A stretch of DNA of 64,000 nucleotides from Octopus vulgaris. Lineage: Eukaryota. Shown piece after piece: positions 27,983 through 42,080 of this stretch; position 1 is the stretch's first letter, and each line of letters begins with the position of its first letter. Under the pieces are notes generated by a model. The model saw only the letters and a list, made by a program, of their open reading frames with translations, was not told the origin of the DNA and did no database searches. The stretch is taken from assembly GCA_951406725.2 (NCBI GenBank), contig OX597825.1, forward strand, positions 18,724,001 to 18,788,000, given 5' to 3'. A program made the position numbers and the translations under genes.

Positions 27983-28117
27983 TGGAGTGGCTGTGTGGTA
28001 AGTAGCTTGCTTACCAACCACATGGTTCCGGGTTCAGTCCCACTGCGTGGCACCTTGGGCAAGTGTCTTCTACTATAGCCACGGGCCGACCAAAGCCTTG
28101 TGAGTGAATTTGTGAAA
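27983..28117 (+). mobile_element. SINE family A, 5' part
   Basis: GGAGTGGCTGTGTGGTAAG...GGGTTCAGTCCCACTGCG...CACCTTGGGCAAGTGTC. Confidence 0.9.
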
Positions 28118-28754
28118 CCGGAGGTATAAGCTTACACCTTGCGAAGGGATTTTCATTCTTTAAATTACATGTATGTACGCACGTTTGTATGTATGTATAT
28201 ATGTATATACGTGTTTTCCTTCTTTTCTTAATTTAGAGTAAATCTCTCACCGGCCGCCTGCTTGTTAGCAAGGTGGTGCAGGAAAGCAATCTTCTCTTAT
28301 TCATCATCCATTAAATCTTAGTAACATCATGCAAATTTTTATAGTCCCAGATATCGTAATCATTTGTATTACATGAATTAATGTTTTTTAGCGCTCTCTC
28401 CAAGAAACCGAGCTTAGCCATATTTTGCCCCAGACAGGTTATGCATCATGTTGTTCTAGTAATGTTAGGTACGAAACTGAAAGTGTATATTGCTTACTGG
28501 TTCAGCAAACGTGTTATAAATGTCCCTAGATGTCTTCTTATATTTTGGTATGTAGAAGGGCAGCTGGTTATGTATGACTTCACTTTGGGGCTTTGCTTTA
28601 CTTTACTTCTTGCAAGAGTTCACGCCGGGCTAACAAAGCAAGAAGACTTTTTGAATTAAAAGATTTCCTGGTGTTTACAAATGTATGGTTGAGTTGGAGT
28701 GTTGGTTGAACTGTCGCTGCATTACTCAAATGTTTACATGTATACACATATGAA

Positions 28755-29093
28755 ACCCCCTTCGGTAGTGACTGACCATGGGATTGCACCTAGAATGTTA
28801 CCCTCACAGGTACAAGTCCGGGCAAGGTTTTTCTTTTTTTATGGAAGACCATCAGTCGCTCATGCATACTGGCCTCCCCTCTCCACGCCACCAGTGTTAT
28901 CCAAGGGAAAGGCAAGGGCCGATACAGCTTGGCACCTGTGACGTCGCAACTCATTTCTACAGCTGAGTGAATTGGAGCAACATGAAATAAAGTGTCTCGC
29001 TCAAGAGCACAACAAGCAGCCCGGTCCGGGATTCGAGCTCACAACCTCACGATCGTAAGCTCGACGCTCTAACCACTAAGCCAAGCGCCTTCA
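28755..29093 (-). mobile_element. full-length SINE family C
   Basis: Reverse-complement match to 59600-59935. Confidence 0.9.
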
Positions 29094-29364
29094 CGTATTC
29101 ACATAAGAATTTCATATCGAGAAATTTTGGAACGTCTTACAATTCTTCATTTACTGAATCCGCATCGCTCTCTTTTGCTCTTTCTTCGGGAAACTGGGTA
29201 TTTCTAGGTTTTGTGAACATTTGTTTTTACATAACCCCATGCACCATCAGAGGTGCATGGGGTTATGTAAAATAAAAGAATGTATTTATCTACGCATGTA
29301 AGCATATATGTACGTATGTATGTGTTTGTGCGACTGTGTAACGATATGTACTGGCAAATGATAT

Positions 29365-29780
29365 TCTTACTCTTTACTCTTTTACTTGTTTCAGTCATTT
29401 GACTATGGCCATGCTGGAGCACCACCTTTTTAGTCGAGCAAATCGACCCCGGGACTTATTCTTCGTAAGCCTAGTACTTATTCTATCGGTCTCTTTTGCC
29501 GAACCGCTAAGTTACGGGGACGTAAACACACCAGCATCGGTTGTCAAGCGATTTTGGGGGGATAAACACATATACACATACATATACATATACATATACA
29601 TATATACGACGGGCTTCTTTCAGTTTCCGTCTACCAAATCCACTCACAAGGCTTTTGGTCGGCCCAAGGCTATAGTAAAAGACACTTGCTCAAGGTGCCA
29701 CGCAGCGGGACTGAACCCGGCACCCGGAACCATGTGGTTCGTGAGCAAGCTACTTACCACACAGCCACTCCAACGCCTAC
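29365..29780 (-). mobile_element. full-length SINE family A with 17-bp TSD
   Basis: GTACTGGCAAATGATAT at 29348-29364 and 29781-29797. Confidence 0.93.
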
Positions 29781-30437
29781 GTACTGGCAAATGATATGAA
29801 CTTTTGAGAGAAAATCATTAGTAATAGTTGCCCCTATTGATTTGTTCAGTGAAAACTTCCTCCTTCTCACCAGTATAAATACAATGCGCTAGTGATTTAT
29901 CCAGATAGAATCTTACAGCCAACGATGCTGTATTCACAAAAATTCTGCGTAAAATAAGAAATTAATTTACATGTATCATTTATCACGTTAGATAACCACA
30001 TTTCTGTTAGAATATAAGCTTCTTAATTATCAGATAACATTTCAGCAATCACATTAATTTCAATACAGCTATAGCAATAGCTGCCTTTACGTTACCCTCG
30101 AATACAGGCTATAACATCTCCAATAGTTTCTGTTCCCACGCAAACCACTTTGCATAACATTTAATGCAGATGACTCGTACGCATCTTCCGTTCATATCAA
30201 ATGATAAATAACATTTAGCGACCAATAAATTTTAAAAGTCATAGGCAAAATGAGACCCGCAGGAATTTCTGACTGGCGGGCCAAATGTAAAACTGCCTTA
30301 ATTTCCTTTTTTTCTGTTTTTACTAAGCCGTGCAGTTCGCTTGATAAGAAGCTTTGTCAAATGCGATCTGCTTATCGAAAAAAGGTTGCCCATTCCCGGG
30401 TTCATTTACTTCGACCAGTACATAAACCGTATCTATA

Positions 30438-30438
30438 T

Positions 30439-30486
<48 letters not shown>

Positions 30487-30500
30487 CACTACCACTACCA

Positions 30501-30587
<87 letters not shown>

Positions 30588-30652
30588 GTAATAATAATAA
30601 TGATAATAATAATAATGACAACGACAACAAAACCAACAACAGCAACAACAAT
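30438..30652. repeat. compound (ACT)n-(AAT)n-(AAC)n microsatellite
   Basis: Directly visible. Confidence 0.95.
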
Positions 30653-30821
30653 ATCCGGGATAGATTTTTTAGTCTGGAACTTATTCTATCAGTCTTTGTT
30701 GCTGAACTACTAAGTTATGGGTTCGCAAAACAAAGAGGATAAACACACACGCACACACACACACACACACACACATACACACACACACGCACACACACAC
30801 ACACATACATGCATACATACC

Positions 30822-30865
<44 letters not shown>

Positions 30866-31127
30866 AGAATTTATTAATTTAGTAGATAACATGTGCCTTT
30901 ATAGGAACTTATGATATATAGAAAGTTTATTCAGTCTTCATTTATATTAATCTCTGTTCTGAAGTTCCATCACCCACCACCTTTTTGCTCATGTCCACCA
31001 GTAGGGGAATATGCCCACCCTGAGAAGCCCTAATATAGAGGTTCAAATCTGTTACGGGTTTATATTCGTCTATAATCGTACTTTATATTCTCAATATCAT
31101 TGTTGTAATACTACGCAGATATTATTG

Positions 31128-31315
31128 ATTTGAAATTTTAGTACCAGGTCAGTAAGTTCGGCGGAGGAAGATAGTCGATAAAATTGAACCTTATACTCAA
31201 CTGGTACTTGTTTTATCGACTCCGAATCAAATTTGAACTCAGAAAATAAGGACGGACGAAATATAGCTGAACATCTTATCCGGTGTGCTAATGGTTTTGC
31301 CAGCCCGCCACCTTA
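31128..31315 (-). mobile_element. SINE family B, degenerate
   Basis: CTGGTACTTGTTTTATCGAC, AATTTGAACTCAG, GCCAGCCCGCCACCTT. Confidence 0.75.
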
Positions 31316-32859
31316 AAACGCAGATGATATGATGGGATATACGCACTGGGATAATTGTGAAAAAACTACTGTTGCCTCTGTATTCATTGCTTAAACAATC
31401 ATGAATGATATTTGTCAGGATTCAATTTATCAATTAGCTCAAATAAAGTATCTGCATCCATAAACCTTTCTGTCTATCTCGGTTTAATTGAGCTAATATC
31501 GTTGATGTTCATCTTGACTTCATGTTTATTGACGATTGTAAAAGAAATACAAGCAGAGTGTGGATATTATGTTCATGGTGTTCGGTGACGGATGAAATAT
31601 TCCGCTAAGATATTACTACCATGCATGTGAAGTGAAGCAATGCAGTTGAGCTAAATGAAATATGTAAATATATTGAGTTTATAGTTTTCCAGCACGAAAA
31701 AAAAAAAAAAAATTCTATGCAGCAATGATATAGAATACAATAGAAAACGGGAATAAGTGGACGCCTTAACAAGAGGTTACATTCCGTTGATACGGTCGGA
31801 GAGTGTAATGGTGTGGCGATTTTTCTTTTCTTTTCTTAAACCCAACGTCAAAGCTTATTAAACAAATACAAGACATTCAAACCGTGAATGTGCGTCATTC
31901 TTTTTAAAGCAGCGTATATCGACCATCCGCATCATCTAAAATGTCCTCGAATTTTTATGGTGTTCGGGTTTGATTTGAAGTCGAGGTAATTGCTTTTTAT
32001 AGCAGAATGAGCAGCTCCGTAGACGCCAAAACTTTGGCGCGTGTAAGATGTTATTTGGTGTGGCTTTCAAGTGTTGATTGATTCAGAAACCGCACTAAGA
32101 ATAAAGTAGTATTCTAATCTAGAAAGGCTTACTGCTTTCTAGATACACAGACATATATAAACGCTCACGCATACACATATATATTTAAATAGATAAAAGC
32201 GACTTCAAATTTCATCCAAACTGGCTTAGCAAACACCAAATAAAGAATTAGATTTGTAGTACAAATAAATTTTAGTAATGTGAAGAAGTGGACTGAAATT
32301 AGTTGATAGGTGAAGTAGAATGATGGAGAAAGGAAAGAAAAGTAAAGTGGATGGCGAAAAAGGCTAAGAAAGAATTTAATTGGTATAATATAAAAGAACT
32401 CGAGAATAAAATCCCAAAGTGGAATCGTGCTTAGTAATTTAATGGTTTGAGTAGAGTTTAGATATACTTCTGCCGAGAAATTTTATTTTAGCGGTTGGAT
32501 ATTATCTGCAAAACTAATTCTATAAAGAAATTAAAATTTGCTTAGGATCATGCTTAAATGGAGATAGCATGATATAGTCGTGTGTAAAGTATAAAATATT
32601 GTGAGATTGATTTTGGTGAGAATTATTATAAATATTTTTTTTTCTTTCCTTAGTCTGGAAGAAAGAGAAGTGCCAAAGACATTTATCAAGTCCTCTCAGA
32701 CCTTCATGCCGTAAATGACCCGTTAAAAAGTTTTAAGAACACTTGTAGGAAAGACATGTCGACTGATATAAAGTTTACACGGGGCATATGTTGTAAGTAG
32801 AGAAGAACTGGCCAGAGATCTTAGCGTGTGGTTTGGGGTTTGTTGCGGTGGACACTGTT

Positions 32860-33032
32860 TTTTATTTTCTCTCTCTTTGTCTATTTCTATGTTCCTTTCT
32901 GTTGAAGAGCGTAGGCTCGAAACGAAAAAGACTTTCTCACTTCTCGAGCGTTAAACTAATACATCTGTTTCTTGTTTACACACCGGTCTTCGTCTTTTGC
33001 TTATTTTTTTGCAAATTCCAACTATATATATA
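32860..33032 (+). mobile_element. short (TA)n-anchored repeat with a minimal hammerhead-like motif
   Basis: CTGTTGA-A-GAGC-GTAG-GCTC-GAAACG at 32899-32924; ends CCAACTATATATA; a related end is at 55048-55105 (minus). Confidence 0.5.
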
Positions 33033-33044
33033 AATATTTAGCTG

Positions 33045-33097
<53 letters not shown>

Positions 33098-33629
33098 ATG
33101 TATATATATATATATATATGTATAAATTTAGGGCATAAAAATATATACCAGCTATGCTAGAAAGAAAAGTCATCTCTCCAAAGACATATATTTCTCACGT
33201 GTTTTGTTTAGTGAGAAATATGAGGTTTTGGAGAGTTCACTCTTCTTTCTAGCAAAGATGGTATATATGTTGCTTACCCTAATTTTTTATGTATATTGGT
33301 TAAGCTTCCTGGCCACTTTATTATTATCATTTTTAATAATAATGATATTTTATTTTATGTGTGCGTGTATGTGTGTGCGTATGTGTGTGTATGTGTGCGT
33401 GTAGTTTGTGCTCAATTTTGACACGTAATATTTGAAAATCAGCTAAAATCACTCAATTGACAGACGGTATTGAAGCAAACAAATTGTAGAAGACATTGAT
33501 ATTAATTAGAAAATAAAGGAACAAATGTATAATTAACTAATATTACACGTGTTCAGTAATTTGGTAAATATTACAGGAGTAATTATGTCCAGACACAATA
33601 ACATACAGAATGCATAGACGTATGTAAAA

Positions 33630-33893
33630 GTCATGACTGACCATGGGATTGTACCTAGAAACTTCCCTTCCCAGGCACAAGTCCGGTGGATGTTGTTTAT
33701 GGAAGACAAGATGTCGCCCATGCATACCAGCCTCCCTTCTTCTTACCATTGATGTTATCCTTTCCTCAGCTGAGTGATCTGGAGCAGTGAGGAATAAAAT
33801 ATCTTGCTCAAGAACACAACACACAGGCCGGTTCAGGAATCGAACTCATTATCACATGATTGTGAGCTGTAATCACTGAAACATGCACCTTCA
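33630..33893 (-). mobile_element. SINE family C, diverged
   Basis: GACCATGGGATTG...TGTTTATGGAAGAC...TCAGCTGAGTG...CTCAAGAACACAAC. Confidence 0.85.
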
Positions 33894-34129
33894 TGTAAAC
33901 ACACCACACACATACACACATATGTATATATAAAGGAATGCATGCATGTATGTATGGAAGCAAATGTACAGCGACATGGACACTATAATCATGTGGTTTC
34001 GAGTTCTGCTAGTTAGCATTGTTGGACGAGGTGTTTTTACTATAGCCCCATGTCAGATTAGCCGTTGCCTGGTGAGCGAATTTGACTGACAGTATCCGTG
34101 TGAGGCTCAAGGCAACTCACCACTGAAAC

Positions 34130-34550
34130 AATTTCCTAGCTAAGTGTAATTTCAACTACAAAATATATCACAATCCTTCAACTCTGAATCTAACTCATAA
34201 GAATAATTCTATAAATAGACCTAGGAAAATAATATGGTTTGCTACCCTCTTGACATTGAATGTTACAATTAACGTAGGCAAACTTTCCTGTCGATTTTAG
34301 ATAGACATTTCCCAATAAAATGTAAATGCAGGAAGGTATTTAACTGACACTCGATTAAAATATCATACCATTGCTGCCAGAACATGACCAATATTATCAC
34401 CGGTAAGCATCACCAAGAGCTCATTCCTAGCTGCACCACTCGAGACCTGAAACATGGACACTTGATCAGGTGTCGTTTATGAGGCAGAAGTTACAGCACA
34501 GCTTCAAGACAACGTAAGTGAAAAAAAATTACATCAGTTTATGCGAAAGC
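34130..34550 (+). pseudogene. Penelope-like retroelement linker/GIY-YIG remnant
   Basis: Peptides RPRKIIWFATLLTLNVTINVGK, SILDRHFP, LKISYHCCQNMTNII, CPL, GVVYEAEV and YISLCE match PLE motifs (IIWFNPP..N.GK.FL.LID.HFP; SYSC..N; VVY.A; YIG). Confidence 0.75.
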
Positions 34551-35374
34551 GGTCAAAAATCCATTCCTGAAACTTTTAGTCTAATGTATTTCTGCTGAAG
34601 AACTGAATTTACTAGCTTTAGGGAAACAAGATTCTACACCAGAAGCATCATGAAGAATAGTTATAGGTTCCTCAGTCTTAAGGGTTTCCATGTATACAAT
34701 AATCAATTTATAATATAGTATAAGGTAAGTATAGTATTGACCACGTCGGAATCGCAAGACATCAAAGGGAATATATATTAGATAGCGTTACAAAATTTCC
34801 CTACGGAAGAACAAAGGTAAAATTATTTAAAGGGACACTCACAATGATATTCTATATTATTTTCTTTATTTCAAGTCTGAAAAAAAAAAGTGATAATAGC
34901 ATACTCAGACATTCGTACAAACACACGTCTATTTCTTATAATCAAGTTAAGCGACAAAAGTTGAAGTAATAAATTGTATTCATATTTTTCCATAACTATA
35001 AAAAAAAAAATCGATTTTCTTCTTACCGGAAAACACCAATTGTTTATTAAACAAAAATCTTCTTTATTTCTACAACTACATACATGTTTACAATGAATTA
35101 CAAATGTAATCCTATTTTGGGGAATATATTCTCAAGTCAATATTTTAATGTTTTCAATTTTATGTCTGTAACTAGCTTACCAAATTGAACTTACGTACAT
35201 ACGCATAAATATATGCATACACACAAACAAGGAGACGTACATGCAGACACGTATATATGTATACATACACATATATAATATGTGTGGAGAGGTGAGTGTG
35301 AGTGCGTGACTGAGAGAGAGAGAGAGAGATAGAGTGTGTGTGTATGTGTGTAATTATTCATGTATATGTTTGTG

Positions 35375-35811
35375 TGGTGTCTGTGTAACGATGGCTTATA
35401 AGAGGTTGCCCAGGAAGTTGTTTTATGGGGAGTTACAAGGCGGAAAACTTTCGGCCATGTATTTAAGAAACGTTTAGGGATGTCATAGAAAACAGTCATG
35501 AGGTCCCTAGTGTAGATATTCTAGACTGGAAACAGGTGACGTATAATCGATCAATTTGGAAAAAAAGGATTTACGATGGTTGTAAAACATGTCAAGTACT
35601 GGAGTATCGAACTGGAGTATCGAACACTCCGTCTTTAAACGAGCACTTCTTGGACACGACTGACCTCAATTCCAGACAATTTTTTAATCTCCGTATCATC
35701 TGCAGTAGGACATTTTTTTCCGGGGGCCGGACTTGCTAGTCATGCGAGATCACCCGATGGCATTTACTAATTGAAAAGATGGTCTTCATCAGTGAAGAAG
35801 TATCCATCATC
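35375..35811 (+). mobile_element. RTE-clade LINE 3' end remnant
   Basis: Peptides MAYKRLPRKLFYGELQGG, DWKQVTYNRSIWKKRIYDGC and ICSRTFFSG-GLASHAR, then a short 3' UTR ending CATCATC. Confidence 0.8.
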
Positions 35812-36664
35812 AAACATATATATACACGCATATAAATATTTGGGGGTGTAGTTGTGTACTCCATATTTTGAAAATATATTTTCGTTCTACTTGTATTATA
35901 TTATTTAGATTAATTTTTACGTATTTTTCAATATTTAGCCATACATTCTTTTTGAAAACCTTTATTTCAGAACCATCATCAATGCTACAAATATTTGGGA
36001 GGTGCAGTATTATTCACTTGCGTAAGAACAACGCTTATACTCGCTATTATCGATATCTGTAGATTTTTGCAACTGGATTCTGAAATCCTTGGTTAGTAGT
36101 TTTAGGATAGATGCGTATTCTATATATTTGCTTTAGTATTATGTTGTATTATGAAAAATTCTTCTATCATTAAAATTTTATATTTGTGTGGAATTCTATA
36201 CAATATAGACGAGCTGTCCACACACGTTTCCCTCTCTCTCTTTCTCTCTCTCCTCCTCAGTATGTGTATGTATATATATATATATACAAGCACACAAATA
36301 CAAACATATTTTTGTATTACAGTTAAATAGTAATTAAGACAAGAAAACAAAACCATATAATGTTGCAGTTCTATTCACGCGCATGCGTGTGTACTTATGC
36401 GTGTGTGAGTGTGCGCGGGTGCGTATGTGGTTATGCGTGTGTGAGTGTGCGCGCGTGTATGAGGATGTGTTGTGTGTGTGCGTGCATATATGAGTGTGAG
36501 TGTGAATGTGCATCTTGGTAATAATTCCTAATAAAATATATTCGAAAATTTGATGAATCTTTTCTAATATTCGAGTTGGAATCCTCTAGGCAACTAACCA
36601 AGAAGTATAATATATTCTGTTGTCAGGCCAAAGAAAAGAAAATTATCTACTATATTACAACATC

Positions 36665-36876
36665 CTATTTCTTTATTACCCACAAGGGGCTGAACATAGA
36701 GGGGACAAACATGGGTAGACATAGGTATTAAGTCGATTATATCGACCCCAGTGCTTAACTGGTACTTAATTTATCGACCCCGAAAGGATGAGAGGCAAAG
36801 TCGACCTCGGCGGAATTTGAACTCACAACGTAACGGCAGACGAAATACCGCTAAGCATTTCGCCCGACGTGCTAAC
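36665..36876 (-). mobile_element. SINE family B (tail type 1), young
   Basis: Near-identical to 21307-21540 and 15725-15956. Confidence 0.92.
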
Positions 36877-38614
36877 AACATCCACCACAACGTCCACTCC
36901 TTCCTGTACGGTGGTTTGTGTGTTTCAGTGACCCTAAGATCTTTCAGCAGTACACAAGCTCCTGACAGGGGTACAATAGTCGGAGGTATATGGTAAGGTA
37001 GTGAGTGAACTCATAGTGCGCAAAGGAAGGAAGTGACAAGATCAGTTCCTGTTCACAGAGAAGGTTGGATTCCGAGTGGCCTCTGTGCAGAGACAGTCCG
37101 AACCGAGTCAGATATATATATGTATATATATATATATAGTTAACTTTTCTGTTAAGATAAGATCAACAAAAAGAGTAGTCCATCCAGTGTGGGATTAAGA
37201 TTATTTAATGTACGCAGCATATTTTTATTACGAGCAGATAATATTTTCATGCTTCGGAAATACAGTCTAAGTAAAATTTCGTAACACGCTCGCAGACATA
37301 CTTATGTTATTGTAACCTGCCTAATTTACATCTTGCTGTGTAAAACTATTTGTAGCTCGAAACTATATACAGCATGCATTAAATATTATTATATATGGGC
37401 ATATTAGTAAGTACCCCCCCCAAAAAAAAAAAACAGGAGCATACACACATACTTAAACATACATGCACACACATATCGAAAAAGAGAGAAAATGAGAGAG
37501 TGGAACGTGATGGATGAATTGGAGGAGATCCCAGAAAATTGATAAATTATATTTTGTTTACATTTCGATCCAATTCTGCCCGAGGTCTTTTGTATTTATG
37601 TGTATATTCCAGGTTCTATAGTAGATGTGATAGACAAATACTGATGTTAATAAAATCAACATAACTCTGGCCGCAAAATATCTGTCACTCTATTTCTATC
37701 GAAAAATATTTTTAGTTGTTTCTGAATGTTTAGGAAACTCGTATATAAGAGTTAACAAAATGTTGGTGCAAATGATATTACGGTAGGAAAGTGCTTATTT
37801 CATTGGCTACGAAGTAAACAGATTCAGTTACTGGATTTACCTTCATTAGGAAACTAAAATCTTATAAAATATACATATGTGTGTGTGAGTCAGTGAGTGA
37901 GTAAGTGAGTGATTGAGTGAGTGAGTCTGTGTGTATTTATGCGTACATGTAATTTGAGAATGTATTCATATATACACCCACACACACACACATATATATA
38001 TACATATCTATTTATCTATCTATGTGTGTATGTATTTATCGTTTGTAAATGTCATGAGCTTTTTAAATGTGATTGCTGTAACGAATCTAATATAATATGT
38101 ATTACACAGGCCACATCATAAACAACTCAATATGTTAAACGAGATACATGTCAAACCACCAATATACTCCCCCCCCCTCCGATATAAGTACCATCTATCG
38201 CATTAACATGATTCAAAGCTTTTTTTGTCAACCACAGAGACACTCCAAAAATATACTATTTATATTTCAAGAATCAACAATGAAATAATAACATACCCAG
38301 ACAGTCATACAAACACAAACAAAACTTTTTGAAAATATATGAAATAATTAAGTTAAGAGATGAATTTGCAGTCGTATTCATATGAAATCTATTTCTATTA
38401 TCGAAATTTATCGATTTCCTCCATAATAAAATACAGCATACGTTTATTTAAAAGAAAACGCTATTTATTTGTTGAAGTATATCTATTTTTCCTCATGCAG
38501 CACAAATGTAATCCCCTTTTGCAAAATAAATTCGAGTGGCCATTCAAATGTTTCGACTCTCATATTAATAACCAAATTATTAAAATCGACACCGCTCAAT
38601 TATGTATATGTATG

Positions 38615-38652
<38 letters not shown>

Positions 38653-38661
38653 CACAAACAT

Positions 38662-38739
<78 letters not shown>

Positions 38740-38769
38740 GGAGATAGAGATATATAAATTCATAGATAT

Positions 38770-38809
<40 letters not shown>

Positions 38810-38882
38810 GTAGATAGATAGATATATGTACATATCTATCTATATATGTGTGTGTGTAAACATATATATGAGTGTGTATGTA

Positions 38883-38915
<33 letters not shown>

Positions 38916-38959
38916 ATATATACACGCACACATATATGTACATTTACATATATTATATT

Positions 38960-38997
<38 letters not shown>

Positions 38998-39112
38998 CAT
39001 GTATTTAAATTCATATATATGCATACATACGTATATATACTAATAAGTGTGTACGAATTTATAGATGTGCGTATTTATGTTTATATGTATTATGCATGCG
39101 TGCTTATGAGTC

Positions 39113-39158
<46 letters not shown>

Positions 39159-39549
39159 CGTGTGTTTCCATTTGCTTAATATTTGGAGTCGACCTTTGGA
39201 TGTTGGTAACAAAAACGTATCACATTTTGTACATGAGAAATGCCTTGCAAATCCATATTGTTCCTCTTACAGGAAATACCTAAAGTATATGTTGTTAATA
39301 ATGTTCATTATACTAGAGCTGCTTTTATTTCATTTGCAATTTTTTCTAGGCTAAGCCATTTCTGGGCCTGACAGCACATGGTTGTACAAGCCATGATCAT
39401 ATAATTCGTAAACAGACTTTCGTAGTTGAACTTTGTCATTATTTATTTTGTAAAATGAGAATATTTAAAATTTTCCATTTGCACAGATATCTAGATGTTT
39501 GCTGCAGGGGACGTTCTTCCTAACAGAGAAATACCTAATTTGCTGTTTA

Positions 39550-39978
39550 TTACTCTTTACTCTTTACTCTTTACTCTTTTACTTGTTTCAGTCATTTGAC
39601 TGCGGCCATGCTGGAGCACCGCCTTTTAGTCGAGCAACTCGACCCCGGGACTTATTCTTTGTAAGCCCAGTACTTATTCTGTCGGTCTCTTTTTGCCGAA
39701 CCGCTAAGTTACGGGGACATAAACACACCAGCATCAGTTGTCAAGCAATGCTAAGGGAACAAACACAGACACACAAACACACACGCACACATATATATAT
39801 ATATATATATATACATATATACGACGGGCTTCTTTCAGTTTCCGTCTACTAAATCCACTCACAAGACTTTGGTCGGCCCGAGGCTATAGTAGAAGACACT
39901 TGCCCAAGGTGCAACGCAGTGGGGCTGAACCCGGAACCATGTGGTTGGTAAGCAAGCTACTTACCACACAGCCACTCC
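39550..39978 (-). mobile_element. full-length SINE family A
   Basis: (TACTCTTT)n tail, internal microsatellite, complete head. Confidence 0.93.
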
Positions 39979-40175
39979 AAGCTTATGTATATTCAAGTGG
40001 AACGTTTGTTTAATCTTAAATACTCTCTTAATGAAAATATTCATAGATTAGCTAAATTTGAATTATTTAACTGCAACTAGTCCTCGCTTCTATTTACCGG
40101 AAGACCATCGTACAAAATTACTTGTCTAATATAAAGTTTGAAATAGAAAATCTATTCATACAACTGTATAGATTA

Positions 40176-40560
40176 CTAGCAGTATCGCCCGGCGTTGCTC
40201 GGGTTTGTAAGCGAAATAACTATAAAGCATTTTAGAGAGTTATAGCCAAAAAAATAGCGTTAAAAATGGAAAAAAAAATATGGTAAATTTTTTTTAAAAT
40301 CGGTGACTCATCGTAGACATTTTTAGAGAGTTACTTCCCTTATATTTAAAAAAAATATGCATTAAAATGGAAAAAATAATGGTAAATTATTTTTAAAATC
40401 GTAGACTCATCGTAGACGCGCGCTAATACCCAGAAGGGCTCGCTATGAATCACGACTATAAGATACCCGGTTTTGGTTAAACTGCACCGCAAAATGTGGG
40501 AGTAGTTAGGAATCTAAATCGTAGGAGACAGACACACAACCTTACTTTTATATATAAAGA
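40176..40560 (-). mobile_element. non-autonomous Helitron (385 bp)
   Basis: Minus strand starts TC, ends with hairpin CCCGAGCAACGCCGGG then CTAG, and sits between host A and T; internal ~100-bp tandem duplication. Confidence 0.88.
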
Positions 40561-41252
40561 TATGTGAGTTTGCGTCTATTTTTGAGACTTTCTCTCTCCC
40601 ACTCTTTCTCACTCTCTCCTTCTGCATGTGTATGTGAGTGCATGAGTGAGTGTTTGTATATGTGGAGGGGTGCACGCGCATATGTGCGTATGTGTGCATG
40701 CAGCGATAAAGGAACAGAAAATATGTATAACAAAATATTGCTTAGAGATTATTTATCAATTCCATTGCATTACCTGTTTGGCAAATGATCTCATTTATTT
40801 TCATCATTGGAGAATAAAAGTGCATCGTTGTATCGGATTATTGGTCAAAGAAAAATTCATATTCATAAATATAATGCGCTTTAAAAAACAACAATATGAA
40901 ATAATATTAATTATTAATGTCATCCGTCGAAAATCTACGACCTGTACGTTGATAATCTTTTTCTGTTTATCGTATTAACGTTACAAATTGAAATGATTAG
41001 TCTGACTTCCTCATTATTTCTTAAGTCGATATTAAACAATCATTTCGAAGTTAATATATATTTTGTCTCATGCCAAAAGTTTACGTTTCAGGAAATGATA
41101 AATTCAGGTTCTCATACCACTGATGAACCCTATTCGTCGCTTGCCTGGCTTGTTGCCAAACACGTGTGTGTGTTCTCGAATCATCATTGTAATTGTGAAC
41201 CACTTTTAGATTTTGGATCGGTCTCATCTTCGCAATAGTCTCTCTCTCTCTC

Positions 41253-41667
41253 TTTTTACTCTTTTACTTGTTTCAGTCATTTGACTGCGGCCATGCTGGA
41301 GCACCGCCTTTAATCGAGCAAAACTGGACCCCGGGTCTTATTCTTTGTAAGCCTAGTACTTATTCTATCGGTCTATTTTGCCGAACCGCTAAGTGACGGG
41401 GACATAAACACGCCAGCATCGGTTGTCAAACAATGCTAGGGGGACAAACACAGACACACAAACACACACGCACACCCACATATATATATATACACATATA
41501 TACGACGGACTTCTTTCAGTTTCCGTCTACCAAATCCACTCACAAGGCTTTGGTCGATCCGAGGCTATAGTAGAAGACACTTGCCCAAGATGCCACGCAG
41601 TGGGACTGAACCCAGAACCATGTGCTTGGTAAGCAAGCTAATTACCACACAGCTACTCCTGCGCCTA
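41253..41667 (-). mobile_element. full-length SINE family A
   Basis: Complete head AGGCGCAGGAGTAGCTGTGTGG; AGTCTCTCT on both flanks. Confidence 0.93.
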
Positions 41668-41709
41668 AGTCTCTCTAACCTTTTCTTTCTTTTCTGTCTT
41701 TCTTTTTAA

Positions 41710-42080
41710 ATGTTGTGATGTAGTGCTCTCAGTTAACAGTACAAAGATTTTCCCGAAATTCAAGGAATGTGGTGCATTCACCGTATCTAAATGTAGTTAA
41801 TATAACTTGCTTTGTCGTTCACTGGCTTCTGAAATTATTAGGCCTCGGAGCGGCGATGTGGCCTTATTCCATGAACTGAAGGTGCATTTCCAGATCATAA
41901 AATTATACTCACATTTCATCGCCTGTCAGCAGATCGGAGAAATGAAAATTCCACACTTTGGTTTCAAACGTTTCTTTTAACAGGATGAAGCAGCGTTCCA
42001 CTCTTATTTCCTTCAAACCGGGTATCAACTCTCGAGGTACATACCTTGCACACAATCTCTGATACTACCAAACTTTCTGA
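41710..42080 (-). pseudogene. mariner transposase fragment
   Basis: Minus-strand translation YQRLCARYVPREL...DLLTGDEM*V*FYDLE...QFME*GH..PRPNNFRSQ matches the mariner WVPREL and TGDETW..YDPE motifs; multiple stops. Confidence 0.85.

Noticed and set aside
29399-29794. Recurrent ORFs such as LSVSFAEPLSYGDVN and TTGFFQFPSTKSTHK
   Set aside because: Antisense read-through of SINE family A, not a gene family
35780-35800. CTGATGA on the minus strand as a hammerhead core
   Set aside because: No stem II plus GAAA follows; it lies in the RTE 3' UTR
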